Positions 34,997 through 45,760 of a stretch of 64,000 bases of DNA are shown one piece after another; the first letter of the stretch is position 1, and each line of letters starts with the position of its first letter. The DNA is from an uncultured Hormoscilla sp. (lineage in GTDB: Bacteria; Cyanobacteriota; Cyanobacteriia; Cyanobacteriales; Desertifilaceae). The notes beneath the pieces are model-generated. The model had not been told where the DNA came from. It searched no databases and was given only the letters and a program-made list of their open reading frames with translations. The DNA lies in contig OZ001293.3 in NCBI GenBank assembly GCA_963921275.4, forward strand, positions 5,856,001-5,920,000, read 5' to 3'. The translations under genes and the position numbers were made by a program.

Positions 34997-37755
34997 ATTA
35001 GGGGTCGAGCTGGGAATCGCTCCCCAACCCTCCCATTCGGAACCTAAAGAGCGACTTTCATCGCACACGGCTACTGGGTATCAGGCCCGTTGTCATAGGT
35101 AGCCTTACTGGGGATTACTCCTGTTGGCCCTTACTACTTGTGATTTAGCCCCTTTCCTGGTTAACCAGTAACTCATTCCTCGATTACATTTGTAACGGGC
35201 TTATGATCTTTTGGGTTTACTCTCACCAGTAGTATCCTGATATCACCGACCCGCGTCTGCATATCCTGAGCATTACCCCAGGCTTTAGCTTCTCGGGCCA
35301 TCTCTCCCTTCATGCCTTGCGCTTCACATCTGACTGGTCCAGTAGGACAGAACACGAAGGGTTACTTCGTTCCCTGGTATCATTTCACGATGCCTTTAGG
35401 CCCCTACTTTTCCCCGGCAGTTATTTGGGTACAATGTTAGCCAATTCCCTAACTAACACTAACTGCATTAACTTTTGTTCCAGCGCATTAAGCCTTATTT
35501 CGCTGGTTGGGTTTAACGAGGTTTACATAGGTTCGCCTGTTCTAGCCATGGACATCATCGAGCGCGTCCTCACCGGTAAGGGCTACCAGTTATCCTACAT
35601 TTGAGTTCTCGCTTAGCACCACGACGATGTTATTTCGCAGCACCTCCAACCGGTGTTACCCCCGTACCTGGGGCTATGCCTTACTCACATATTTCTTAAC
35701 AATTGTAGCAACAGTCACGATTGGCAAATATGAGTCTATTGTTTTTTCAATAAAACCTATATATTATCAATAAGCCCGCCATTGAATTGAATATCTGGTG
35801 AAGAGTCAGCTCCTTTTTTGTTTGAGCACAAGTCTTTTGAGTAATTGTACCAGTTCACCACAAGAAATTCTTCTATAAAGTTGTGAACTGGCACGGTTCA
35901 TTCAGTTCTACTTCCGGCGCTCAATTGTCAGATAAGGACCGGACTATTGACGACCGTCCGGGCGAGAGAGCGAATTTACACTTATGGAGTTAAACATACT
36001 TTTTCATATTTTGGGACAGAGGCGAATCTAGAGAATCGCTTGAGCTAGAATTCAAGTATCAGCTATGTCATGCAAGCGTCGTAACCCTTGCCAAATAGTT
36101 TTCACCCCTGGTTCACCATCCCGTTTTCGTCCTAAAAAACCACCTAATTTAGCAATCCAATGAATACAAGTCTTTATTGTTGGCGTCGCCTCTAGTGGTG
36201 TCAAAGTTTTATTTATCGTGCAGTAAAGAGCTTGCTACTCATGGGTTTCTAAAATACTATCTGCTGGGGCCTCCGGGTTGTAACGAGCTTCATAAGTAAG
36301 CCACAATAATCGCCATGCCACGATTGTATAAGTGGCTAAAGCCCTTTCAATGCGATCTGCTGTTTCTAGTTGTAGTTGTTCTTTTCGACAACCACTTTTT
36401 AGGACATAATGATAACGTTCAATTAACCAACGATAGCTATACCAACGCAGGCACCACGTCATCAAAGCCAGTAATCGTCAGCGTCGTTAACAACAACCAG
36501 CTAACCCGGTCAACTCCAGAAGGTGGATGCTCTTCTTCTGCCAGAATTACTTGTATTTTAATTGGCTTTAATGATTTGTAGTGAATATGTGTTTTGGGTG
36601 GTTGAATCTCTACCGAAGTGCTACCCAGGGTTAAGGTTGCTTCGCGAGCCTTTCTCTCGGGATTTTTTGATAATTCTATCGTCACAACTCCTACGGGAGA
36701 AACTTTGTAGATAGCTGATTCTAATTTCTCTACTTCCTCTGAATCAACTGATTTTACAGAACGGTTCTAATAAGCGCGAATTAGAAGCATGCTCTGAATT
36801 CTCAGAGCGAGGCAAGGCCAAAAAATCATAAATATCTGCCTCCCGATCCGCCACTGTCACCACTGTAACATCTGATGGTATCACTGCTTCCGTTGCCGAT
36901 AGCGAGTCCAGCCACCGCTGGCTTTCTTTATCTTTTGTTTCTATGAATCTGTCGAGAATGCTTCTTGCCAATATCAGAAATATCCCGTGCCCTGCTGATT
37001 TAACACTCAAGGGCGGTACTCCTGTCCCACTGGTACAAAAAACCGAGTGAACTTTTAGTTCTCGACTGGTTCTACAATTCCATTTGCCCCATTCCTTTTT
37101 TACTGGGATGGTGCGTAAAATTTAGTTCGGTGGTGTCCTGAATTGCTAAAATCGTTTCATGTTGTTTGACTCGGGAGAGCGTACTTTGTTGGTGGCAATC
37201 GCGAATCGCTTCCGCTTGAATCTGTGGATTTGCCCAAAAGTCATTTGTGCTTGGGTCCCTGCCCAATCTCCACAAGCTTGTGGTACCGTAGCATTGGGTT
37301 GTTCTGCTAAATCTGATACAATTTTTACCAGTATGAATGTGGCGACGGCGATCGCCCAAATCAGCAGATTTTAGTTCTTCTGCGGCCCAAGACTTCATAT
37401 TTTTCTGTCCATGGATAATTTTTGCTCTTCGTGCTCTCTACAATATTAGCAACGCCAGAAGCAAGAGTCGTTTTATTTAATCATTATTTTACTTTTTAGC
37501 ACTGGCGAGGGTTCCGACAGCGCGTAGCGCATTTCGTATCGGACTATATATTAACTTAGTGGAAGTATATTGTTAACTTTTTTGAAGCAATTGTACTCAA
37601 ATCAAGACGGTGTAAGGATTTCAGATTGTTAAGAAATATGTGAGTAAAGCATAGGTACCTGGGGAGGGGGAATTAAACCCCCATGATTACCAGAGTTCCT
37701 AGTTTCCTAGGCCAGCGTTCCGTATATGACTACGTTAGGCTGGAACTCATCGCAC
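34997..37755 (-). mobile_element. inner ORF-less group II intron (768 nt once the IS4 and one TSD copy are removed)
   Basis: 5' GTGCGATGAGTTCC; 3' CTCGACCCCTAAT; EBS1 GGGAAT (35444-35449) pairs with flank ATTCCC. Confidence 0.88.
35674..37654 (-). mobile_element. IS4-family (Tn5/IS50-like) element, fragmented transposase
   Basis: About 30-bp TIR CTATGCYTTACTCACATATTTCTTAACAAT; 10-bp TSD GTACCTGGGG; QDTTEL, KESQRW, ADREADIY, YSYRWLIERYHYVLKSG. Confidence 0.92.
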
Positions 37756-38105
37756 GGGAATCTAACCCTCATAACGTCTGAGTTGTGGGTTGCCCCACCC
37801 GACTTTCCTGATTTCTCAGTTACGCCGGAACGAATCGCACTAACTTCCATAAAATAGCCGGGCGGGAAACTCCTAAAGCCGCTGCTGCTCGACGATAGTC
37901 ATCGGGAACGCTTTGAAACCCTTCTTGGGTAGATCGAATCAAAATCGGGAGTACCATACAGGCGAGGGTTAGCCCTCCTGAAAGAATCGAAAAACCCATC
38001 CCGAGGGTTTTACAAAAGAAGGCATTGCCAAATAATCCGAAGACAATTGAAGGAGTACCGGCTAATAGATTTAGACTCTGACTTACCCACCGCCCGAACC
38101 AACTA

Positions 38106-38684
38106 GACTTCTCCAAAATATAAATTTTGGCTATAATAAACTTTGAAAATTTAATTTAGTGTCAATAAGTATGAGTTTAGATTTAAACTAGACAGTTTCA
38201 ATGTTTCAATTGGTAAATTAACAAATGCTTTTGAGCAGCTAGTTTATAAGCTCAATATTATTGAGCTTCAAAGCGCAAGTCCGTTGGCTGAAAGGCAATC
38301 ACAGTGCGGTATCCCCCCTTTTGTGCGAGTTCGGTATCCCCTGGGTAGTGCGACTAGCGCTCCCAGGGGATACCGAAAGCTCCCGGGGGATACCGCCAAA
38401 GTTTCAGCTTTTTTCATAGCTCTCGCAGGTTAGAAGGGAGTACATCAGGAGTGAGTCAGTTATTGCTCCAAGTTGTAACCGAGAACTAATTTTCGTGTCA
38501 ATTTTAGGCATATTAGAATCTGGGTATTGCTCTGAAAAATTTGAGCTTAATTAATTCTACTTAGGGGCGCTTTTTTAACAGGAAATCCATCAAACCCTTA
38601 TGATTTCGTACAGGTAACATATGTGAGAATGTGAGGTGGGGCTTGAAACTCATAGCTAGCAAGGGTTTCATTCTCGGAGAGGTC
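38106..38684. mobile_element. non-coding MITE in pstA (579 bp)
   Basis: TIR GACYTCTCC bounded by TA; removal rejoins the pstA frame (…KES(S)WFGRW). Confidence 0.75.
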
Positions 38685-38877
38685 TACTTTCTTTCACGGT
38701 AAATTCGGCCAATAAAATTGCCGTCCCCAATCGCTACCGTCATACAAACTCCCAGAATTAATCCCGTTGATACCAGAATGGGGGCAATTCCTCCCCCGCG
38801 ACCGGCTATCGGGTGATAAATTACCAATTTACCAGACTCCATCCCTGCCAGAATATATCGCTCAACAGCCACAATAA

Positions 38878-39113
38878 CCTACATTTTGCACTACAAAATG
38901 TAGGATGTAATGATTACAAGAGCTTGGTGATGAAAGCGAACCTAAAAGCTCATATCCGTATAAATATTTATACGTTATGTTCGACAAATTGCCAGGCGGT
39001 GTCTCCGGAGGGGACACCGATATATTACGTATTACAAAATGTCGTGCAATGGCAATCGTATCGAGTAATTACATATTACTTATCATATTACAATTTGTCG
39101 TACGGAATATGGG
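38878..39113. mobile_element. MITE in pstA (236 bp), IS1634-like ends
   Basis: Imperfect TIR CCTACATTTTGCAC / GTACGGAATATGGG; direct repeat ACAATAA on both sides. Confidence 0.78.
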
Positions 39114-39200
39114 ACAATAATATTCCACTCACTCCCAGGACCACTGCCCAAATTAAACCGGTGGCGATCGCCTCTTTTTGATTAAGCTTAAACCTTACCT

Positions 39201-39380
39201 CAGTCATAAATATGTCCTCGATTTATCACTTCGGCGATCGCCACCAGCAGCAGCACCATTGCCATTAATATCAGACCGCTGACAAATAAAGCCCCCTGAT
39301 GATTTCCCATAGCATATGCCATTTCTAGAGCAATATTTGCCGTCAAGGTCCGCACCGGTGCAAAAATATTGTTAGGGATT
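39201..39380 (-). pseudogene. pstC: PstC permease C-terminal remnant
   Basis: APVRTLTANIALEMAYAMGNHQGALFVSGLIL; stop overlaps the pstA start. Confidence 0.75.
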
Positions 39381-39437
39381 TTCCGTTTGAAAAGACTTGT
39401 CTAGTTTGCGATCGGCGCAAAGTTTTTGAATGAAAAC

Positions 39438-39551
39438 GGCGTTGCACTTCGGACGGGATGATAGACATAGTTGCAAATAGTTTTAAACCTAGACTACAAG
39501 CGACTTTCAGTTATGTGCAAAAAGAGTATCATCCCCAAAATGTGCAACGCC
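39438..39551. mobile_element. MITE, about 115 bp
   Basis: TIR GGCGTTGCAC...GGGATGA / TCATCCC...GTGCAACGCC; GAAAA(C) on both flanks. Confidence 0.65.
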
Positions 39552-39980
39552 TGGAAAACGTCTGATGGAGCTGACGACCATGAGATCCTTGCAGTTTAAG
39601 GATTTCTCCTTTTTGAGTATGATTTTGAGTATTTTGAATATGACGAAGACCTGAGAAATTATACTTATCTTGCCGCCGCGCAGATCTAGGCGATACGCCG
39701 AGCATAGAGGGAGCTAAGTACATACGCGCAGTTGCAGTACGTCACTTTTCAGTATCTAGAGTATATAAAGGGTCATAACCAGCGATCACTATCGTCACCT
39801 CGCAGCTGCTCGCCTCAGCACTGGCTTCACCTCATGCCCGATCGCCTTCGCCACCATGTTGCACTCTTCAGGTGTACAGAGTTGCTGTGTCCCTTGACAG
39901 GCATGAGACGATAGTATCTCATGACGTACAGCTGGTTGCTGTGTCTGGGGAACGGTACTTTTTTCTTCTGTGGGTAGCTA

Positions 39981-40877
39981 GGGCGTGTCATCAGTTAAGC
40001 CAAACAACAGTAGCAGCCAGGTAGATAGCACCCAAGAAATTCTGAGCCCTCTTATCGTAACGGGTGGCAATGGCTCGATATTGCTTGAGTTTGGCAAAAA
40101 AATTCTCAATCAAATGACGTGCTTTGTATAGATATTTGTCATAACGGCGTTGTTCTTTTCGATTGGATTTAGGCGGAATCACAGGTTCGCATTGCTGGGC
40201 TTCAAGACGTTTCAAAACCCGTTCGTCAGCATCAGAAGCTTTGTCTGCGAGTAACGCATCAGCCTTAATATTATCAAGTAACACATCAGCCCCTTCCAAA
40301 TCGTGAGCTTGACCGGCTGTTAAATGAAAACCCGTTGGGTTCCCCAATGCGTCACAGGTCGCGTGAATTTTGGTACTCAAACCCCCTTTACGGCGTCCGA
40401 TGGCTTGGTCGCAATCTTTTTTTTTTGAGCACCTGCACTATGTTGATGAGCCCTTTATATCGTGGCATCAATCATCGCATATTCGTTATCGGCATCGGAC
40501 GCAAGTACCTTGAATACTCTTTCCCATACCCCGGATTTTGACCACCTACTATGGCGCGTATGAATTACCCTCAAGTCCCCAAATCGCTCGGGTAAGTCCC
40601 GCCAAGGTATCCCAGCTCTATATCGATACAAGACAGCATAGACAAATAAGCGGTTATCCTTAGCTGTCCCCCCCACATAACCCTCCCGACCTGGCAATAG
40701 GTCCCTGATTCTCTCTCACTGGTCATCTCTTAAAGCATAGCGACGCATTTCTCAAATTCTCCTGCTCTAACCTTTACCCTCTTAGATCACACCAATATAT
40801 CCTGGTTGTCAACTCAATCATCTGGTTATATATTTTTGGTGGGGACCCATATCGTTAATCTAACTGATGACACGCCC
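39981..40877 (-). mobile_element. IS5-family element, copy 2
   Basis: 897 bp, nearly identical to 1788-2684; extra nonsense codon in orfA. Confidence 0.92.
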
Positions 40878-40998
40878 TAGCTAGGTTTACCAACGATGTA
40901 AAGTTCTGACTTGCTACGGGTTAATGCTACGTACAGCAAGTTGTCTTCCTGCTCTTCCTGCCAAGGCTTGATGTTTCGCCAAGACATAGGCATGTCCC

Positions 40999-41126
40999 CA
41001 GGGCAAACGCATCTTATTTTTGAAACGCTTACAGGACAAGGGTTTGAGCATCTAGAGTATTTATACTTATATAATTCCAGAATGCTTACTGGGAAAGGCT
41101 TCCAGGATTTAGATGCGTTTTCCCTG
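40999..41126. mobile_element. ISAs1-type MITE (128 bp)
   Basis: TIR CAGGGMAAACGCATCT; 10-bp TSD GGCATGTCCC. Confidence 0.85.
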
Positions 41127-41863
41127 GGCATGTCCCCAGTCTTGTACAGGAAAATGCCATCGGCCTCCAATCCCTTGGCCCGATGGCACGTACATTTGCT
41201 CAATTCCAACTGGACAGCATTTAAGTCTTGGCATTCATCGACTAAGACGAACTCATAGGAATTGAAAGATCTATTTAGTCTTAACTCCCATTTGACGGGA
41301 AGCCATATCATGTCGGTAAAGTCAAAGCTTCTCTTGCGATTCGCCAAACCTTCTCCCACGGACAAGACAGAGGCGACCGCCTCGGCTACACGGCCAAAAT
41401 CCCAAATATCAGCAAGCTCACTCCGGACTGCAAATGCTCATCACTGAATACTCCGTCGGCTTTAAGTTAGTCAACCTGACAAGGTCTACCAACTTAAAGA
41501 AGTCCCCAGCCTTGTCTAGAGCCCCTTCAAGTTCAGCGAGTTGGCCACGGACTATCAACCCCAAGTTTTTGCTAATGTCTTTGTACTTGCTTGAATCGAG
41601 CAAGCTCCTGGGATTTCGGATCGACAGATGGGAGCGTAGTAACGACCACCCGGCGATGTCTCCTGTGTGCCGTTCGCTTCGCGTGGCGCAGCCATGTCCC
41701 CTGGGACAAGAGCACAAAGGAGATATCGAAGCTGTGAAGAGTGCTGATGCTCTTGGTCCACTGTGGACCCAAGCTAGAGATTAACTGATTCGCGTTGGCT
41801 TTCCCGAATACAATAATCTTAATGTTGCGGGGCTTAATGCCATCAGCCTCTAAAGCTTGGGCT

Positions 41864-42766
41864 GGTCGGGGTCGAGCTGTCCCTCACGGGACAACCCTCC
41901 CATTCGGAACCTGAAGAGCGACTTTCACCGCACACGGCTACTGGTTGATAAGCTGTTGTCATAAGCAGGATTACTCTGGGTTACCCCCTTTGTCCCTCGT
42001 CCCATGAAATTTTGCCCCTTATGGTCAGTCGATGAACCGTTAACTACCTAACTCCGGAAGGTTTGCGGGGGTGAACCAGTAAACCATTAAGTTTGCTCTT
42101 TACTTACATCTCCCCTGTATTTGGGGCCCTGAGTTTTTACCCGGTTAGGATTTAATCCACCATTAATCCCTAGGATTTCTCCTGGTTTATTACATTCAAA
42201 AGCTACTTTTTCCCAGAACATCTTACCATATCCGTCCGACGTCAGCTTATCCACAGGTATTACCCTGGGCTTTTGCTTCTTAGGACATCCCTCCCCTCGT
42301 GGCTTGCGTTTTACATCTAACTGGTCCAAATGAGGACAGCCCACAAGAGGTTACTTCGTTCCCTGGTATCATTTCACGATGCTTTTAGGTTCCTACTATC
42401 CTCCGGGAGTTCTTCGAGCACGATGCTAGCCAGATGATACAACTAGCACTAACTACCATTTCCCTTTTGGGCCAGCGTATTAGCCTTATTCCGCTGGTTT
42501 AAAGTAACGAAGTTTACACAGGTTCGCTTGTTCTAACCATGAGCATCTAACAAGCGCGGTGTCACCGGCTTAGGCTGCCAGCTATCCTACATTTAAGTCC
42601 TTGCTTCGCACCACAGCGATGTGACTCTATAGCACTAAGGACCGGTAGTACCCTCGACCCCCGTAGCTGAGGAGAGGGAATTTAACCCCCATGATAACCA
42701 GAGTTTCTGGCAAATGAAACCAGACAGACTTTCACCGTTACCGATTTACGCCTGAACGAATCGCAC
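41864..42766 (-). mobile_element. ORF-less group II intron in the helicase gene (903 nt)
   Basis: 5' GTGCGATTCGTTCAGG; 3' CTCGACCCCGACC; removal gives LKM-V-AQALEADG; EBS1 ATCATC pairs with exon end GATGGT. Confidence 0.9.
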
Positions 42767-43015
42767 ACCATCTTCAAGGTTGTTGACTTCCCGCTGCCTG
42801 CAACCGCATTGCAACAAGCGCTACCCGACCCAAAGCGGGCCCATGAGATTATGGTTTTCTGGTATTTTGACGCTTTCCAGAAAGCCACCTCACTTCTTTT
42901 TATTATACTGTAGGCAAATCGTCATTTGAGTAGGGTGGGCAATGCCCATCTTACCATATTACCCTGTGCTAATCTGTAATTAACACTAATGTCACGGGAA
43001 AAATATAAAATTGCT

Positions 43016-43682
43016 ATGCATTACTCAACCCTAGCTACGCGCCACCCAGCTAATACCCTACCCCAATGGCAACCCGCCACCTGGTCGGAATATTTAGCAG
43101 ATCGTGACGAGCCGAATTTGGAGAGAGTTAAGCTGTTTTTTAATGAAGGATATCTTTTAATCGAAATGGGAGCAGAAGGAATTAATCACGCGATCGTCTG
43201 TAACTTATTTCCGATCCTGTTTTTTCTCTGGTTCAGTCGCACTCCCGAGCAGAGGTTTAAATGTATGGGGCGCTGTCAACTGGAAAAGCTAAACCAACAA
43301 GCAGCAGCACCAGACCAAGTTCTCTATATTGGAGAAGGTGCTCCTAGCTATTCAAAAGGAACCACGTCGTATCGACTTGAGAAAATGGCGGGTTCCCGAT
43401 CTGGTGGGAGAAATTACTGATACTACTTTAGCAACTGACTTGCAAGAGAAAAAGCAGCTTTATGCCGAGCTGAAAATTCCTGAATATTGGGTGAGTGATG
43501 TTAAGAAAAAACAGGTGTTAGCGTTTCGCTTGCACTCTGATGGCAAGTATCAGCCCTGCGAATATTCTGTAGCCCTTGAGGGTTTGCCAATCTCTTTGTT
43601 AGAGGATACTTTAGAACAGTTAAGTCAGGGAGATCATGTGAGTGCGGCTCTCTGGTTCTCTCAACGGATCGTTAATCTGTAA
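43016..43682 (+). pseudogene. Uma2-family endonuclease, frameshifted near 43350
   Basis: EMGAEGINH, PDQVLY, then PDLVGEI...KKQLY...IPEYWV in another frame. Confidence 0.8.
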
Positions 43683-43937
43683 TTTATGCTTTTATCCTGG
43701 AGACCGCTTACGGGAAAACTACCACCCATTTCCTCCCTGCTGTTGGAGATACGCTCTATCCTGATGGGGCCGATCTCCCTATTGCTGCTGCTACTGCTCT
43801 GGCAATGGGAGGCTAAGCAATACACTAGCGTGATACAGATAAAGGGTTCTAGGGTTGTTGACAATTTTTTACACTCGGAAAATAATTATGTCCTACTAAA
43901 TACTGAGAAGCATTGGGCCCAAGCAATATTTACCGCA

Positions 43938-44180
43938 GGAGTAGCTCAGTCATTCCGTGGAGTAACTCAGTCATTCCTTGGAATGCTGAGTTACTCCGTG
44001 GAGGGAGTGAGTTATTAAGGTGGAGGGAGTCCCTATTAAGGTGGAGGGAGTCCCTATTAAGGTGGAGGGAGTCCCTATTAAGGTGGAGGGAGTCCCTTAT
44101 TCCGTGGAGGAAGTTACTCCGAAGGTAGAGAGAGGCACTCCAAACGGAGGAAATGAGTTATTCCGTGGAGGGAGTCATTT
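43938..44180. repeat. degenerate 21-bp tandem array
   Basis: GGAGTAACTCAGTCATTCC-like units and three exact GGAGGGAGTCCCTATTAAGGT units. Confidence 0.8.
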
Positions 44181-45760
44181 GGCCTTCGGAGCCAATACTT
44201 GTTGGTTTTGCACTCAAGGAACAGTTTTAACAACAGGATTTCAAGCATTTCAGCTTTCCCGAATACAAAGATCGCGGACAATACCTCTTGGTATTGGGGT
44301 CGGGGTAAGGACAACAGTTGTTGTAGCGGGTTCCGTTGGTGTCGGGGTGATGTCGGGAAAAAGGCGATCGCCTGTCCTCTGCTAGGCCATCCGCAGCCGC
44401 CAAGGCCGAGAGCAACCGGATATCGTATAGTCTGGGGGGTCTCACTCTATATTAACCCCCCGGAAAAATTTTTCACCAGATTTGCGAAAAAAAATCTTCC
44501 TTCTCGCCAAACGTATATAGAAAGGCAGGCAAAACTATATTCACGGTTCGTAGTAAGCACTGAAGTGCTTAACGGTTCGTAGTAAGCACTTCAGTGCTTA
44601 ACTCGCCCAGGAGCCGATAGCGCCGGTACTTGGCAGATGGCCATTTCTCCAGGTTCGGCTTCTTTGTGCTTTGGCTTGCTCAACTTAGATGCCAAAGCAG
44701 AAGCTGCTTCATTGTTATAGCACTTCTGGTGATTAGTGTGATATACTGTCGGAGATTGCTAGCCGGACGAAGCTTGTTGCGAGGCACGGCCTTCGCAGCG
44801 GCCCGCACCGACAGGCTACCGGTCCTGCGCGTGCTCGCGACGCCGGAATGCGCTCTTCATCTGCCGCTGCGCTAGCGGGGGGGGTAACTCTATGAAAGCA
44901 TAAGTTACTCGTTAGTCTCCCCCCCCTCGCTCCGGACTTCTAGGCGATTGTGTTGTACCACATTAATGCCGAGATTCGCTATATAATGGGATTCAACAGC
45001 GTGGCATCGTGGTCAACTTGTCGATCCGCTTCGCCAAGAGATGTCAGATTTTCTCAATGAGTTTGATGGTGGAGATCCCTTTAGCAGTACTTACATCTCC
45101 AGCAAGACTCCAGGGGAGTTTGCCACCCATATGGTATCTTATAGCAGTGTGAGGTCTGATATCCGACTCCTGTTCTATGCCTCACTGGAAAGCTAAGCAG
45201 AAATACACAATACCAAGGAAGAAACCCAATGTTATAAAATGAAACATGGCGGCTACTGCTACTATGGCACCGTCAGCAAAAATCCCCCACCGGGCATGGT
45301 GTCCCAGTAGTGGCTAACCAATGGAAAGAATTGACCGAGACAAGGGACGTGATTGTTTGTTTTGAAACTCAACCCTGAGAAATCCCATCTGAAGCGGAGA
45401 ACGTGATGATTTTCCGGCCTATTGGGCGATCGCCACCATCGAGGAGCAAAGAATCCAGAAACTCAGGGACACCTTGCTAGCCCCAGGGTCAGCGGACTTC
45501 TGGCATGCAAAGGCAATCGCCGACTTTCTTAGCAAAGGTGCTAAATGGCAAAGTTTCCCAGACTGCCCAAGCCCTAATTACTTGGTATTACTCCGAGAAA
45601 GAATGCATTGGCACAGTCTAGTAGAGACTAATATTTGGGCGATCCACTAGCGCACTATCGCCCCTTATCCACGGAGGTAACAAAAATTGAACTAAAAACC
45701 AATATCCTGATCGTACTGTGGTATAAACATACAATCCTTTGGATTGCTCCGTCTATCAAC

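Larger units (their letters stand above)
34515..37840 (-). mobile_element. outer ORF-less group II intron of a twintron in pstA; 3' end lost at IS630
   Basis: 5' GTGCGATTCGTTCCGGCG at 37840; resumes at 34996; EBS1 TAGCTT (34749-34754) pairs with exon end AAGTTA. Confidence 0.85.
37841..39207 (-). pseudogene. pstA: phosphate ABC transporter permease PstA, multiply interrupted, 3' part missing
   Basis: AGRGGGIAPILVST, LAGTPSIVFGLFG, LTLACMVLP...VPDDYRRAAAALG. Confidence 0.8.
40877..42888 (-). pseudogene. UvrD/superfamily I helicase relic
   Basis: NAVAGSGKSTT (motif I), STLHS, DFTDMI, LVDECQD, HRAKGLE, LYVALTR; interrupted by an intron, a MITE, palindromes and a deletion. Confidence 0.82.

Noticed and set aside
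34501..35604. Short ORFs in this and other intron regions (e.g. 25139-25565, 26674-27050, 31995-32282, 42087-42344)
   Set aside because: They overlap structured intron RNA and have no recognisable protein motifs.
43938..44180. CRISPR array (also considered for 56438-56520 and 58153-58395)
   Set aside because: Units are contiguous with no unique spacers, and there are no cas genes.
44600..45640. GC-rich patch and broken ORFs as an RNA gene or CDS
   Set aside because: No recognisable RNA motif or continuous frame; probably a decayed gene.
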